A program made the translations under genes and the position numbers. Source: an uncultured Clostridia bacterium (GTDB taxonomy: Bacteria > Bacillota > Clostridia > Christensenellales > UBA1242). Taken from it: a stretch of 64,000 bases of DNA. This document shows positions 54,601-60,560 of the stretch, piece after piece (within the stretch, counting starts at the first letter, position 1; the number at the start of each line of letters is the position of its first letter). Under the pieces are notes generated by a model. The model ran no database searches, was not told the origin of the DNA, and was given only the letters and a program-made list of their open reading frames with translations. The stretch spans positions 200,365 to 264,364 of the forward strand of contig CANBBP010000001.1 of the NCBI GenBank assembly GCA_947366895.1. Reading direction: 5' to 3'.

Positions 54601-57600
54601 TCTTCTCCACGAACATTTACAAAACTTGAACTATTTTTTATAGATGTATTACTTGATAGTCCAATAAAACCGCCAACATTATTTCCAACAATATCATAAC
54701 CAACTTCTTCAACTTTTGTATCTACTAATGGCATACAATCAAAGTAACTAACTACATAACAATATTGAATATTTGCAAATGCCGAGTTGCCTGCAAAGCC
54801 ACCAACATTATCTCGACCATTAACAAAAATTCTAGCATAATTTGAAGATGTTGCATAATTTTCGGCACTAACATAATTTAAATTTATTGTAGAAGTTGAA
54901 TTAACCCCATTAATGCTTCCAATAGCACCCCCAACAAAATCATTACCTGATACATTAGCAATTGAATATGAACTATCTATACTATAAACATCTTCCGCAT
55001 TATAATCTTTATCATATTCAGCACTACCAACAAGACCACCTACATAATTGTATTTTGGAGCATTAATACTACCTTTTATTGAAACATTTTTTAATAGACC
55101 ATAATTTGTTCCAACTGCTCCACCTATACTTGAATTTGTTATATAGCCTTGAACATCTACATCTATATCTGCAATAATATTTAAATTAGAATTAAACCCT
55201 GCATCATTAAAAGTAAATTCTACATCTTTATCGGTAACAACACTACCTAAAATTTCACCGCGATTTATACCAACAAGACCACCAATAACATAATTGGAAT
55301 TAATATTTTGAGCAACTAATCTTACTGTTCCACTAAGTCCAACATTGGATAATTTATCATTTACAATTCTGCCTTTGTTTTCACCAACTAGCCCGCCTAT
55401 TGTAGTTTTATAACTTGTAGTAATAGTAAAATTATCAAAAGAAGTTATACAATTTTCAATATAGCCATTATTAGTTACACTAATACCACCAAAGGTATAA
55501 GTATCGTTTATAGAAGGTCTAAACACACCATAACCTACAGTCATATCTAAAACTCTTCCAGCAAGACCAATATTTGAGATAAATCCAGAATAATTTTTAT
55601 TTTCTATGCCTTCAAAAGATATTCCTGAAACTTTGTAAAAGCTATCAACAATTTGATTTGTTTTAACATTTTCATAAGAATACTTTCCAGATAACTCTCC
55701 GTTAAATCCATAAGCATAGTAAACTTCTTCACTTGAATATGTGGTAGCTTCTAAATATGTTTGACCATCATAAATATATAGGTTGCTATTAGAAAATTCA
55801 TCTTGAGACACCTTGCCTACTAAGTAATAGTTCCCAATAGATTCCCAGTTTTCAGTTGAATTAACTAAAATGTCTTTAGTTAAAACATATCTTTTAATTA
55901 CACTATCTTCATTTAAAGATATTTCTTTTAATTCATCATAAGAAGATATTTGATAAGGTATTTTAACTCCATCTGCTACAGTCATATAAAATACTAAACA
56001 ATGAGTCCAAAGTTCTATAACTTTATTTAAATTTGTTGTATAAGCATAATAATTTGTTCCTTCAACAAATTCTGTTGCTAAAATATAATCTGCACCATGT
56101 TTAGTATAAAATATACCATCAATAAATTCTTCTTTAGAAATTGCTACTTGCTTATAAACTTTTTGAGTAAATATATCATAATCATTTTTTGTAATTATTT
56201 TATCTTCAGGCATGACAATAATTACAGATTTTCCAGCCACATTAGGAGCAACCTTTAAATTAAATTGAGAAGATGTTTTACCTGGCTCAATTATTGCTTC
56301 AGAAACACTACTTATATTATTGCTATCATTACCAACTAAATCATAATAAAAATTTCTGCCATCTATAGTAAACATGTCATAAGTTTTTACTAATAAATTT
56401 TTATTAAAAGAAGTATCTTTAACAACTTGTATGTCAATTTGTTTATCTTGTGAATAACCTTGTTTGTAATAAAGTTGTTCATCTGTGTAAGTAACAAGAG
56501 TGGAAACATTTTCGGCATCTACAGTCCTAAAAGAATTAGTTTGAGTAAACCACATTCCTAATTGTTCTATTTGAATTGAATAGAATATTGAACCCACTAC
56601 ATTACTAAAATCATAATTTTCGTTTAATTTAAACCAGTAATATCCTTCCCCATCAGGATACTCATTAATAAGATTTAATAAACTATTTTCATCACTTGAA
56701 TTTGTAACAAGTCTACCATTAGAACAATTAAAAACCATTTGTTGAATATTATTAACAAAAATAAGTATTCTTCCATTGTTTTTAAAAGTATATGTTGGTT
56801 CACTATCTTTGCTATCTGCCAATGTTTGTATTTTTAAACCAAACACTGATGGGTCATTTATATCTTGTGATTTTGATAAATAAGATATTGTATTTGGATT
56901 ATAAACTAATCTGCTTGTCACATCAGTTTTAATAGTTTTTATAGGAACATAACTTTCTATTTCAAAAGACTTAGTTATAACAGAACCATCTAAATTAGTT
57001 AATTTTATTACAATAGTATAAAGTTTTCCAACAGAGTTATCCGTTCTAAAAATAAACGAGCATGCATTCTTATTACCATCACTAGCACAAGTAAACATAA
57101 GATCGGCATCTCCGATAATATTTACAGAAGAAGATGCTTCACCCTTATAATCAATAGAATAACTTCTTAAAAGAGTGCCACCATTTAAAGAACCCAAATA
57201 TGCAGAAAACTCAATAGAAAATTGATTTGATGTTACAGGAGTGGTAGATAAATTTAAATATATTTGTTTACGAACTTGAACAACACTAGAAACTATATCG
57301 TTTTCCTCATTAACAGTATATTTACCTATACCTGCAGAAACTGAGGTTGAATTTAATCTTATATTAAAATTTGATATAGGATTGTAAACATTAACAGCTA
57401 TTGCATACTTAACATCTTTTAAATGGGAAACGGTAATATAAACAAACTCTTGACCTATACCATGAGCAGTAATATAAAAAACATTTTTTTCATTTTCGTT
57501 TCTCTTTATTTCAAGAACTTTTTCATTACTACTTGTAATAGTTATATTATTTAAACTTGCTCCAGCAGGTAAATAATTTAAAATAACAGTTGCATTAAAA

Positions 57601-59525
57601 CCACTTGATAAATCAAGATTAATGTTATCTTTACTTACTAGCGAATCATCAAAACTCATTTTACCACTAAATGATTCTACAACTTTTTCACCCGTTACAG
57701 GGTCAATAACATATTCACCAGTAGTACTATCAACTTTATATTGTGAATAGGAATAATCAAAATTATTAAATGCTTCAACTCCTTGCACAACATTCATTTT
57801 AATACTTGCTTTTGCTTGCTTGTCCTCTCTATCAAAAGGTTTTTCAGCAGTTACTACAAGATAAAATATATCGCCTAATTTAACATTATCCTCTTGAATT
57901 ACATTAGGAACAAAATAAAAGGTTGAATTGCAATCATAAACTCCAGCAAAGTTATCAATAACATTTACTAAATTAGTGCTTTGACCAACACCTTTTTTAA
58001 CTGTAAAGTATCTAGATAAACTTGATGTTATTTCTTCACATTGTAATGTAATAGGATTATATTTAAATAAAGATAAAGTAAATTTTTTATTTGCTTGTAA
58101 AATAGAATCGGTATTACCTACATTAATATTAAATGGAGTTCCATCAACATCACCAGAAGAATTAATATAAACTTCACTATCATATGGAGTTTTATTAGGA
58201 TTTTCTACAATAGAAAAGTTTTCTACAACATCGCCATTTATTGAAAAACTAGTAATTAAATTATCATTTTTAACAACAAAATCATTTATTAAAGGATAAT
58301 TATCAACTTTATAATTATTATATTCGCAAGAAAACTTAACTGCATATGTACCTGATGGATATCTATCATTTAGAGTAGTTTTTGTTGATGAGCAAACTTT
58401 TATAAAACATAAACAATAGGTAGCATTTTTATAATACCCATTAGTTTCTGCATCATATATAGAAAGAGTTTCTCCATCTTGTGCAAAATATTGTGTTGTG
58501 AAATTACTATTAGGAAAATAAACTGGTAAATCGCTATCTCTTAAATAATTAAAATTAACTTCTTCACCATTTGACCTTACTTTTAAAATAATATCTTTAT
58601 CACTAAGACCTTCTATATTAACAATTAAATCATTAATATCTCCGCTTGTAATCAAGTTTTCAGGCACCTTTGCATCTTTTGCACTTGTTCCGTTATAAAT
58701 TTCAAAATTTGTTAAAGCATTAACCACATTTACTTTTGTTATTGCAGTTAAATTGTCCCCCACAGGATTATCATAAGTTGCCATAACATAAAAGTTTTTC
58801 TTATTTAAATTACGGATATCAAAAACATCTAATACAGAAGTTCTTCTATTAAATCTTAAACCATTAGCAAGTAACTGGCTATCACTCCATGAAATAAAGA
58901 TATTATCTTTATCTAATTCTCCAATACTATAACTTATGTTTGTTAAAGAACTTGTTTCAGGAGTAAGCAAAATAACTTCATTATTTAAAGTTAAAGTACT
59001 ACCTTCTGCACCAACAATAGCAAGACTTTTATCTATAAAAGCCATACTTGAAGCAACTTCAACTACATCAATTACAACTTTATCTCTTTTTCCACTTTCT
59101 ACATTAATAAAAGTTAATTCCGTTCTACCCTTCGAATTTGCAGTTATTTCTCTCTTTAACCCTGATGAAGTAGGAATTACATTATTTGAAACACTTAAAA
59201 TTTCCGTACTTAAACTATGAGTTACTTGATAATTAAAATCATTAGGAGTACCTTCAAAAGTTGCTTGTACAGTTGCTGTTGTTTTTGTGTTTGTATCACT
59301 TACTATATAAAATGTATAAGAACCATCTAAGTGGTCATCAAAAGCACCACCATTTTTTAATGTTACTCGCTTGTAACCATTATCTAAATCTTCAACCTTT
59401 GTTGCTCCATCATAACTAACTTCAATAGAAAAAGTTAGGTTGGCATATTTATCTCCACAACCATAAAAAAGACCACAACACACAAGGCATGTTAATATAA
59501 AAAATATACTAAAAAATCTTTTCAT
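42612..59525 (-). CDS. giant (5,637 aa) secreted, probably lipid-anchored surface protein: Ig-like/beta-sandwich regions plus six GLUG-motif beta-helix modules
   Basis: A single uninterrupted 16,914-nt ORF. GAGGG lies just upstream of the ATG. The N-terminus is MKRFFSIFFILTCLVCCGLFYGC. I counted about 47 GG[LIVF][VIA]G (GLUG-type) turns by eye. Six entry motifs resembling EELxxxxxxVNxGxxxxxxxxLxxDxDLSxxxWxPIGxxxxxFxGxFxGNGHxI are present. A Big_2-like segment reads VISINSNGTLKIMGEGKVTLTISS. No LPXTG, SLH or enzyme domain recognised. Confidence 0.85.
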   Translation of the reverse strand: MKRFFSIFFILTCLVCCGLFYGCGDKYANLTFSIEVSYDGATKVEDLDNGYKRVTLKNGGAFDDHLDGSYTFYIVSDTNTKTTATVQATFEGTPNDFNYQVTHSLSTEILSVSNNVIPTSSGLKREITANSKGRTELTFINVESGKRDKVVIDVVEVASSMAFIDKSLAIVGAEGSTLTLNNEVILLTPETSSLTNISYSIGELDKDNIFISWSDSQLLANGLRFNRRTSVLDVFDIRNLNKKNFYVMATYDNPVGDNLTAITKVNVVNALTNFEIYNGTSAKDAKVPENLITSGDINDLIVNIEGLSDKDIILKVRSNGEEVNFNYLRDSDLPVYFPNSNFTTQYFAQDGETLSIYDAETNGYYKNATYCLCFIKVCSSTKTTLNDRYPSGTYAVKFSCEYNNYKVDNYPLINDFVVKNDNLITSFSINGDVVENFSIVENPNKTPYDSEVYINSSGDVDGTPFNINVGNTDSILQANKKFTLSLFKYNPITLQCEEITSSLSRYFTVKKGVGQSTNLVNVIDNFAGVYDCNSTFYFVPNVIQEDNVKLGDIFYLVVTAEKPFDREDKQAKASIKMNVVQGVEAFNNFDYSYSQYKVDSTTGEYVIDPVTGEKVVESFSGKMSFDDSLVSKDNINLDLSSGFNATVILNYLPAGASLNNITITSSNEKVLEIKRNENEKNVFYITAHGIGQEFVYITVSHLKDVKYAIAVNVYNPISNFNIRLNSTSVSAGIGKYTVNEENDIVSSVVQVRKQIYLNLSTTPVTSNQFSIEFSAYLGSLNGGTLLRSYSIDYKGEASSSVNIIGDADLMFTCASDGNKNACSFIFRTDNSVGKLYTIVIKLTNLDGSVITKSFEIESYVPIKTIKTDVTSRLVYNPNTISYLSKSQDINDPSVFGLKIQTLADSKDSEPTYTFKNNGRILIFVNNIQQMVFNCSNGRLVTNSSDENSLLNLINEYPDGEGYYWFKLNENYDFSNVVGSIFYSIQIEQLGMWFTQTNSFRTVDAENVSTLVTYTDEQLYYKQGYSQDKQIDIQVVKDTSFNKNLLVKTYDMFTIDGRNFYYDLVGNDSNNISSVSEAIIEPGKTSSQFNLKVAPNVAGKSVIIVMPEDKIITKNDYDIFTQKVYKQVAISKEEFIDGIFYTKHGADYILATEFVEGTNYYAYTTNLNKVIELWTHCLVFYMTVADGVKIPYQISSYDELKEISLNEDSVIKRYVLTKDILVNSTENWESIGNYYLVGKVSQDEFSNSNLYIYDGQTYLEATTYSSEEVYYAYGFNGELSGKYSYENVKTNQIVDSFYKVSGISFEGIENKNYSGFISNIGLAGRVLDMTVGYGVFRPSINDTYTFGGISVTNNGYIENCITSFDNFTITTSYKTTIGGLVGENKGRIVNDKLSNVGLSGTVRLVAQNINSNYVIGGLVGINRGEILGSVVTDKDVEFTFNDAGFNSNLNIIADIDVDVQGYITNSSIGGAVGTNYGLLKNVSIKGSINAPKYNYVGGLVGSAEYDKDYNAEDVYSIDSSYSIANVSGNDFVGGAIGSINGVNSTSTINLNYVSAENYATSSNYARIFVNGRDNVGGFAGNSAFANIQYCYVVSYFDCMPLVDTKVEEVGYDIVGNNVGGFIGLSSNTSIKNSSSFVNVRGEETADLFILQPNNSTMNISDVFVIGYGYANNGISHNLINPNIQGYYYYIASDTKANAVTIRDSISPNQNITAEQIISNFTATNGWEIDSRTNSGLPYLTITFSSGRIEPLFATTPINVSAIVKSDEKEFISYIRDKDNSLIMFFNYDYLTRYLAEDINKLNIVSFLDFINLYVLPTTSKSARLDIATSNSKVISINSNGTLKIMGEGKVTLTISSKLNANYKAEIFIVVKYGVREVNVYDNISANISLNGRDIELLKSRTQTLFVEVDYYRDLEHEKDAKLKSSNDVGIRFRVASGVSEEDANNGITSLDKILEDLDEVDINSLFKFNGDTWLYDGEYWYVDISSGRNPVITPLIAMAENHKLKIEYIPYIKSIFNTIESTIMLEKFSGSFTLSLIKGATDIILENNIDVSQSVEISQLETHTFTVTLFTDYEFDEILDNFSIANADNLLSIVKSNITYNYTDDTNKTLESISATYTINYKDKLNAVENDLLYMFEFWAVSDPTIKTSLKFVIVSQDKINQVYGTMYTKISDFPQNPNKNSVIYNGQVGVLSIEVYPYFSNYNSMRVYYRNPSSYPLLVTQLSYDITGASGQFLTNYPDSGSILDMSDIMKVEKSSGQDSYLLNTNGTYSYSKIYFFSLLAGTDVPDKTNFTFYVEFLNRDGTIIETYTYNFTTIVQPSITYTFDEKLKGSNDLYYLPINTKQNMKINLVNYEGDITWNVSSKDHILTQNEKDVLTPYKNDEGEYELRVFKYDGNMSADNVLSTNCIGKHFTITATIRDNERTYSFSQTFVVTLFTVTGVTAQNVSNGYMTIPMSTTTPLLVNLDVLYDESLVNTADGDNWYSRWYKYHGETNDASDMLYKYLTACGYEIERYFSRYFIQLSNAIAKASYNYKENSASTKVSGVWFYDSNNNDSGYLQVSKDYNNSTFGVEQYNEYIAVYGYQIDRNSKISLRTNISYTNNEGGGNKLVEVNGIPNVYHYSISMIDSTFDTTFKFEDNFILNFIYKSDLINAIPISTPEEFLNMQEGFDYRLVNDIELSNYTPISTAIASLDGNNYNIYITSFGYDSSYDDKCVLGLFDNVSEKSLLCNVTVYFTDRIINTNGATRLVPSSSPLNVTQLYVKSMTFGGIAGTNDGVLTNCKVTGKLNIVLNNNVNVGTIPQALNGGLVATNSVTGYITNSSIFNFDFSCYGITGGVVGINNGKIVSTFLNESSIINESSDVTAGFVYNNSATINECYVQGYRANNDNDIRNTGLGIVAKGDVGGFAYNNSGKISDCYSNISLQSSSTLAGFVYGETSSSEISRCYSISYKSSSDNSRIASPFAGTNSADYKITINGVLNNCYYLTGETWTNVQWASTNEQKTAKKLTLDEFSTHTNFVSFDLSLVYNDDLTYADSEETYSYVDGYTWVIIEGKPVIVSTLIKTISQCEYLGKTKNYKKDIYTYYDEKQVVNFVSSTPVNIGLDRIRTNYYSNPKGLDIPYLTENELIFYTIQDNRKNTFTYYFSKKKGSNENSETIEKANTTEKNEAITIVFKIDLENGEIKSKKLISAQYGTEVLDVSYQEGSSHIEDNNFRANDTIELEFNDKGIISHIDYKELENASYYYSSSSQNTAPKGARTNPKIINDYKSFEYYLKENTAGNFYRIIKDIDFIGKEGYFLPKTVYSNFQGCLQGNYMSLNEISISYVNYLNGNITPGDDFIVDDQEAFGLFSSISTVPDIKNFNTVISNLSLNIVEVLSNTHERVGALAGIIHTDKTKNTGTKLILNNININGMDSRNAYIQGKNVAGGLAGIILGDVIIKDITVSANVNATKDVSSGNVKNVLYTENKDIKNIAYAGGVAGILDCNEVIDDSTQRKYNASNIHTYGNVHITGGVVGMVFGLVGRDSIVNYANVDIANTPNNYIEASVYAGGLVGENRGKIYSSSVSYRELESYSSVKVASSNLIENLLFRSSAGSDSAVASGGLVGLNNGGLLSNSISTVDVRDNNTKISGGAVGRMITGTLENVIATGSVMSKGIIGGLIGTANDSMLVIKSGYSEEAIATTSVDGEEKTIIRNCVAANNWLAIDYWQYEYLLINNNPIGGFIGLIANSASKDNFIEFDNFNFYTNTLYTSTNAVTPQKYLKVAYFSNTMDIIADVRTGIKSILTGTDGSQAVFPYSTREAYYEDTNTNISYTMKETENKGGDKIGTPCVDYIFDLIKWNVENPEDFYVKIDFTDTFWIDNGIEWTISNIPKDYDEYIQHFGIIYIKNDIGVFEKIGSESQFKIYYEQENRDLYYIRYRRLQKFVKTTQYPTNGINDVVINTSRSTGSKVNNEYTFKSFEDLQNITSVYINGLEINNLGDITESTGNADTIDYRMVYGNIDFSLPNNTRIIKLSINVTQKELHLDNTENTQRCWEVSSIDITYEYDTSKNYISVRTPNGSNLNYTYLLDLSSKQVIYNSFIGNGYWKVPDNFFKNAAYDEADKYLINLEYADVYLWNTFASEEWTEEEINSGNLTISTPEQLAMFANMVNAGNGFVGKTITLENDVDLSGKFWVPIGSEENAFEGTFNGNGHTIKYTTVNEISNELTGSIGGLFGYVRNASIINLSTFGGDIYGVTAGGIIAIAEGTTNVENVLNRNNVTAEETGGGIIGKIITTNRVQTINIIDSVNYGDIDHLNIDFNQNQQINLGGVIGHIESDVTNYMFSGLTNFGDISAVNTSTNYSSSSIKIELNVSGIVGDIDLIGNNFINLNNYGNITINSNAHLLNVGGIVGITQKQTQVVDSKNYATISIVYNNIYSVGLSNINTASAFVGGIVGWAKDDIINCGNEGKIDFNLSTTSSSFISIGGVVGSTSANIERSYNANNIEVYTITRRTASVIVGGVAGGTNITRGSREINDCYNSGDIQVTSSSWLYVGGIVGASYYEDVSSGREIIFRNIRTENKLSVNTSLNVGYISIVAIEKFYNGLGAIAGYANFNMQFTSNYYLRDSAYSGNTIYKAYCLLDENKTDEEGKDFYTEDGDSNYPKLITSLKNKNTYDSEWNFVNEETGEGVWQQFYDTWYPSLKDNNASSMWSDKQEEVAQENGSFVVKSAEELAYLSSAINSGELDTTNITIRLINFIDLSNRYWTPIGTLDNPFKGTFDGNGYVIRNLTIDGAFIENKEFGGLFGVCENATINDVGLENTIVQNVSYASGLVYQAKNTRISRIYTDGAEESLDAVISGIKGAGGIVYNALNCSSVETDDITKGIYYSFNNLPIKTTGVSSEVVATGGLVGNLENSSISNSYNNVNGNIFTTALYEGSNPRDCGNVIAGIAKGNCSLINVFNLASNFVDGSGATAEIDPRIYCVKENGEYLRIILPTGNAEEDKPLFENLIDDNNNLSSIWTQENEYTLNKPVKGVYYPSIRGLGGNWKNTESEALVAINYENVEDIAIYVQRYIDDGIITETMVSLYKDKNSDSIGYKKTYYLVATEEELAWVSSNVNNGSLLTANAEFILLNDLDLSGKYWTPIGSTSVYQFQGIFNMNGHRIKGLTIDSSVLNYGGLFGYTNGAKIVNGDITDSFIKIVSSSNQTNVYAGAIVGRGINTSIENVYVSTAISVTSNSAIFVGGAIGSMTGQDYILNNVYVEKTYNKKEGSTSTKYARYIDIKPYYNQVVEKRNAEGKPEGVIDSDDKSKIGLGAFSEGGNVYIGGVAGYVAGKTINDDGNINIDNIPNTIECAFSDVNIAGVTKSNASRSYAGGVVGYALETVKFESVKSSGIVKTFTNQYDFVGGIVGYMNNSYISNAYFNGYLEPCQDFDNHIISRLGGIVAMIETNGILSRCVNNGRMTANSKYENNAHVGGIIGFSRGRGFSKDEYLIYNSQNYICDAIGYYETSGIAENPEEEINRAYSSQFSNISASNGFKPLIWKNGELISNSILIKGNGSNLIVISADGVNVNKELSEDGITVRDFSSVTLGYANGSNVQGDELVIAGRDVNGDYFYKKVSITSNTFNLKSVISSALIDNDINANKILYCFVELIQVT
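43130..44276 (-). repeat. giant ORF module 6: entry motif (VATEEELAWVSSNVNNGSLLTANAEFILLNDLDLSGKYWTPIGSTSVYQFQGIFNMNGHRIKGLTIDS) plus GLUG block (about 8 turns)
   Basis: The entry motif is encoded at 44071-44276. Turns include NYGGLFGY, FVGGAIGS, YIGGVAGY, YAGGVVGY, FVGGIVGY, RLGGIVAM and HVGGIIGF (the last at 43141-43172). Confidence 0.55.
44700..45410 (-). repeat. giant ORF module 5: entry motif (VKSAEELAYLSSAINSGELDTTNITIRLINFIDLSNRYWTPIGTLDNPFKGTFDGNGYVIRNLTIDG) plus a short GLUG block (about 5 turns)
   Basis: The entry motif is encoded at 45211-45410. It shares the 18-nt string cctataggtgtccaatat (45283-45300) with module 6 (44149-44166). Confidence 0.55.
45700..47123 (-). repeat. giant ORF module 4: entry motif (ISTPEQLAMFANMVNAGNGFVGKTITLENDVDLSGKFWVPIGSEENAFEGTFNGNGHTIKY) plus GLUG block (about 11 turns)
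   Basis: The entry motif is encoded at 46941-47123. Turns include SIGGLFGY, TAGGIIAI, TGGGIIGK, NLGGVIGH, NVGGIVGI, FVGGIVGW, SIGGVVGS, IVGGVAGG and YVGGIVGA. Confidence 0.55.
48330..49742 (-). repeat. giant ORF module 3: entry motif (INDYKSFEYYLKENTAGNFYRIIKDIDFIGKEG...) plus GLUG block (about 9 turns); boundaries approximate
   Basis: Turns read as VAGGLAGIILG, YAGGVAGIL, ITGGVVGMV, YAGGLVGENRG, ASGGLVGLNNG, ISGGAVGRM, IIGGLIGT and PIGGFIGL. Confidence 0.5.
50470..51563 (-). repeat. giant ORF module 2: entry motif (ISTPEEFLNMQEGFDYRLVNDIELS...) plus GLUG block (about 6 turns); boundaries approximate
   Basis: Turns read as TFGGIAGTNDG, NGGLVATN, ITGGVVGINNG, VTAGFVYNN, DVGGFAYNN and TLAGFVYGE (the last at ~50700-50750). 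Confidence 0.5.
54300..55949 (-). repeat. giant ORF module 1: entry motif (ISSYDELKEISLNED...) plus GLUG beta-helix block (about 8 turns); boundaries approximate
   Basis: Turns read as TFGGISV, TIGGLVGENKG, VIGGLVGINRG, SIGGAVGTNYG, YVGGLVGS, FVGGAIGS, NVGGFAGN and NVGGFIGL (the last at 54661-54680). Confidence 0.5.
59457..59525 (-). other. signal peptide with a possible lipobox (L-F-Y-G-C23) of the giant protein
   Basis: MKR n-region, an 18-aa hydrophobic core, then G-C. The -2 Tyr is non-canonical, so lipidation is uncertain. Needs SignalP/LipoP. Confidence 0.55.
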
Positions 59526-59673
59526 ATTCCCTCGCTTTTATAAAGCCAAATTCTAATCAAGCCAACAAATCTTTTTCCAAAATATTATTTTTTCTCTTCT
59601 TATGTATTTAAAATCTTAAGTAATTTTAATTAAATAAATTAACTAAAAATTTTGTAAAATTATGTAATAAGTA

Positions 59674-59702
59674 ATTATACAATATAAAGCATGTTTTGTT
59701 AA
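59674..59702 (-). promoter_or_regulatory. candidate promoter for the giant ORF
   Basis: Minus strand: TTAACA (59702-59697), 17 nt, TATAAT (59679-59674). This gives a ~140-nt 5' UTR. Confidence 0.4.
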
Positions 59703-59708
59703 ACTTTT

Positions 59709-59860
59709 AACCAACTTTTGAGAATAGTTTTTAACTTATTTTTTATTAATCTAATAATTAATAAAAACACAATTTCTTTAAAATAAACAAAATAATAATT
59801 TATTAAAAAAATATTTATTTAACATAATTGTTAATAAAAAACTACTCTCAAAAAGTGGTT
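59709..59860. repeat. 24-nt imperfect inverted repeat pair flanking a 104-nt spacer
   Basis: Arm A is 59709-59732 (AACCAACTTTTGAGAATAGTTTTT). The reverse complement of arm B (59837-59860) is AACCACTTTTTGAGAGTAGTTTTT. 21 of 24 positions are identical. Confidence 0.6.
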
Positions 59861-59868
59861 TAGGTTTC

Positions 59869-59898
59869 GGTTAGAATTAAATTTTTTTAATTCTAACC
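59869..59898. promoter_or_regulatory. perfect 13-4-13 palindrome (possible operator or RNA hairpin)
   Basis: GGTTAGAATTAAA-TTTT-TTTAATTCTAACC. No U-tract follows on either strand, so it is not a canonical terminator. Confidence 0.5.
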
Positions 59899-60013
59899 TA
59901 CTATCTTCTCCACTAAAAACTAAAATTAGTTTTTAATTTTTAAGATGTTTATTAAATTGATTTTTGTAAAAAAAACATTATACAAATCTTACTCATAATC
60001 AATTTAAAAATTC

Positions 60014-60560
60014 TTAATTTCTTTTCCAGTTCATTAAACCATAACCCTTAATAGTTTTATCATTAACACTATAGGATTTGTCATAGCAATAGCCTGGATA
60101 AGCCCAGCCTTTCCCTGGTTGGCTTGTGTTTCCTTCAATTGTGTATACTCTACCATTTTCAACCTTAACGACAATACCTACATGGGAAGCCGTAGCCCCT
60201 GCTATAGTAGGCATAAAGAATATAGTATCGCCAGGTGCAACATATTTATAATGCTCACGAGTAACAACTTGACCAGCAGGAGCAAAGTAACTCTTCCAAA
60301 GATGTCCTGCCCCTAACGTATTGCCAGGTGTAGAATTAGCCTTTTGAGCTTTAATTTCAGGGACCCCATTATAACACCATGAAACAAAGGCTGCACACCA
60401 ATATTGATATTCATTTCCGAAAACTCTCCAAAATTTTTCTCCACCCTTATTACCAATATACTTTCTAGCTTCAGCAACAACAGCTGGATTACCATATCTT
60501 ATGCCTTCTCCAGTTTCTTCATCAACTTCATCAAATGTAACATTTGCCATTGAAGATGGT
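60014..60560 (-). other. CHAP domain of the upstream giant ORF
   Basis: Candidate nucleophile Cys codon TGT at 60395-60397 (WCAAFVSW). Candidate His codon at 60182-60184 (SHVGIV). Polar third residue in TIEGN (Glu codon 60134-60136). A Gly-rich linker GYGGEEGNGGEIGGSTGSGS precedes the domain. Confidence 0.75.

Noticed and set aside
42612-59525. The giant ORF as an assembly artefact or decaying pseudogene.
   Set aside because: An uninterrupted 16.9-kb frame in stop-rich AT DNA is very unlikely by chance. The repeated modules are diverged at the DNA level, with only short identical strings such as one of 18 nt, so repeat collapse is unlikely. Long-read confirmation would still be desirable.
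59733-59836. A classic promoter inverton (invertible promoter) controlling the giant ORF.
   Set aside because: Downgraded rather than excluded. The inverted repeats are real, but the best -35/-10 match lies outside the bracketed segment. The segment itself shows no convincing promoter on either strand, and no invertase is encoded in the window.
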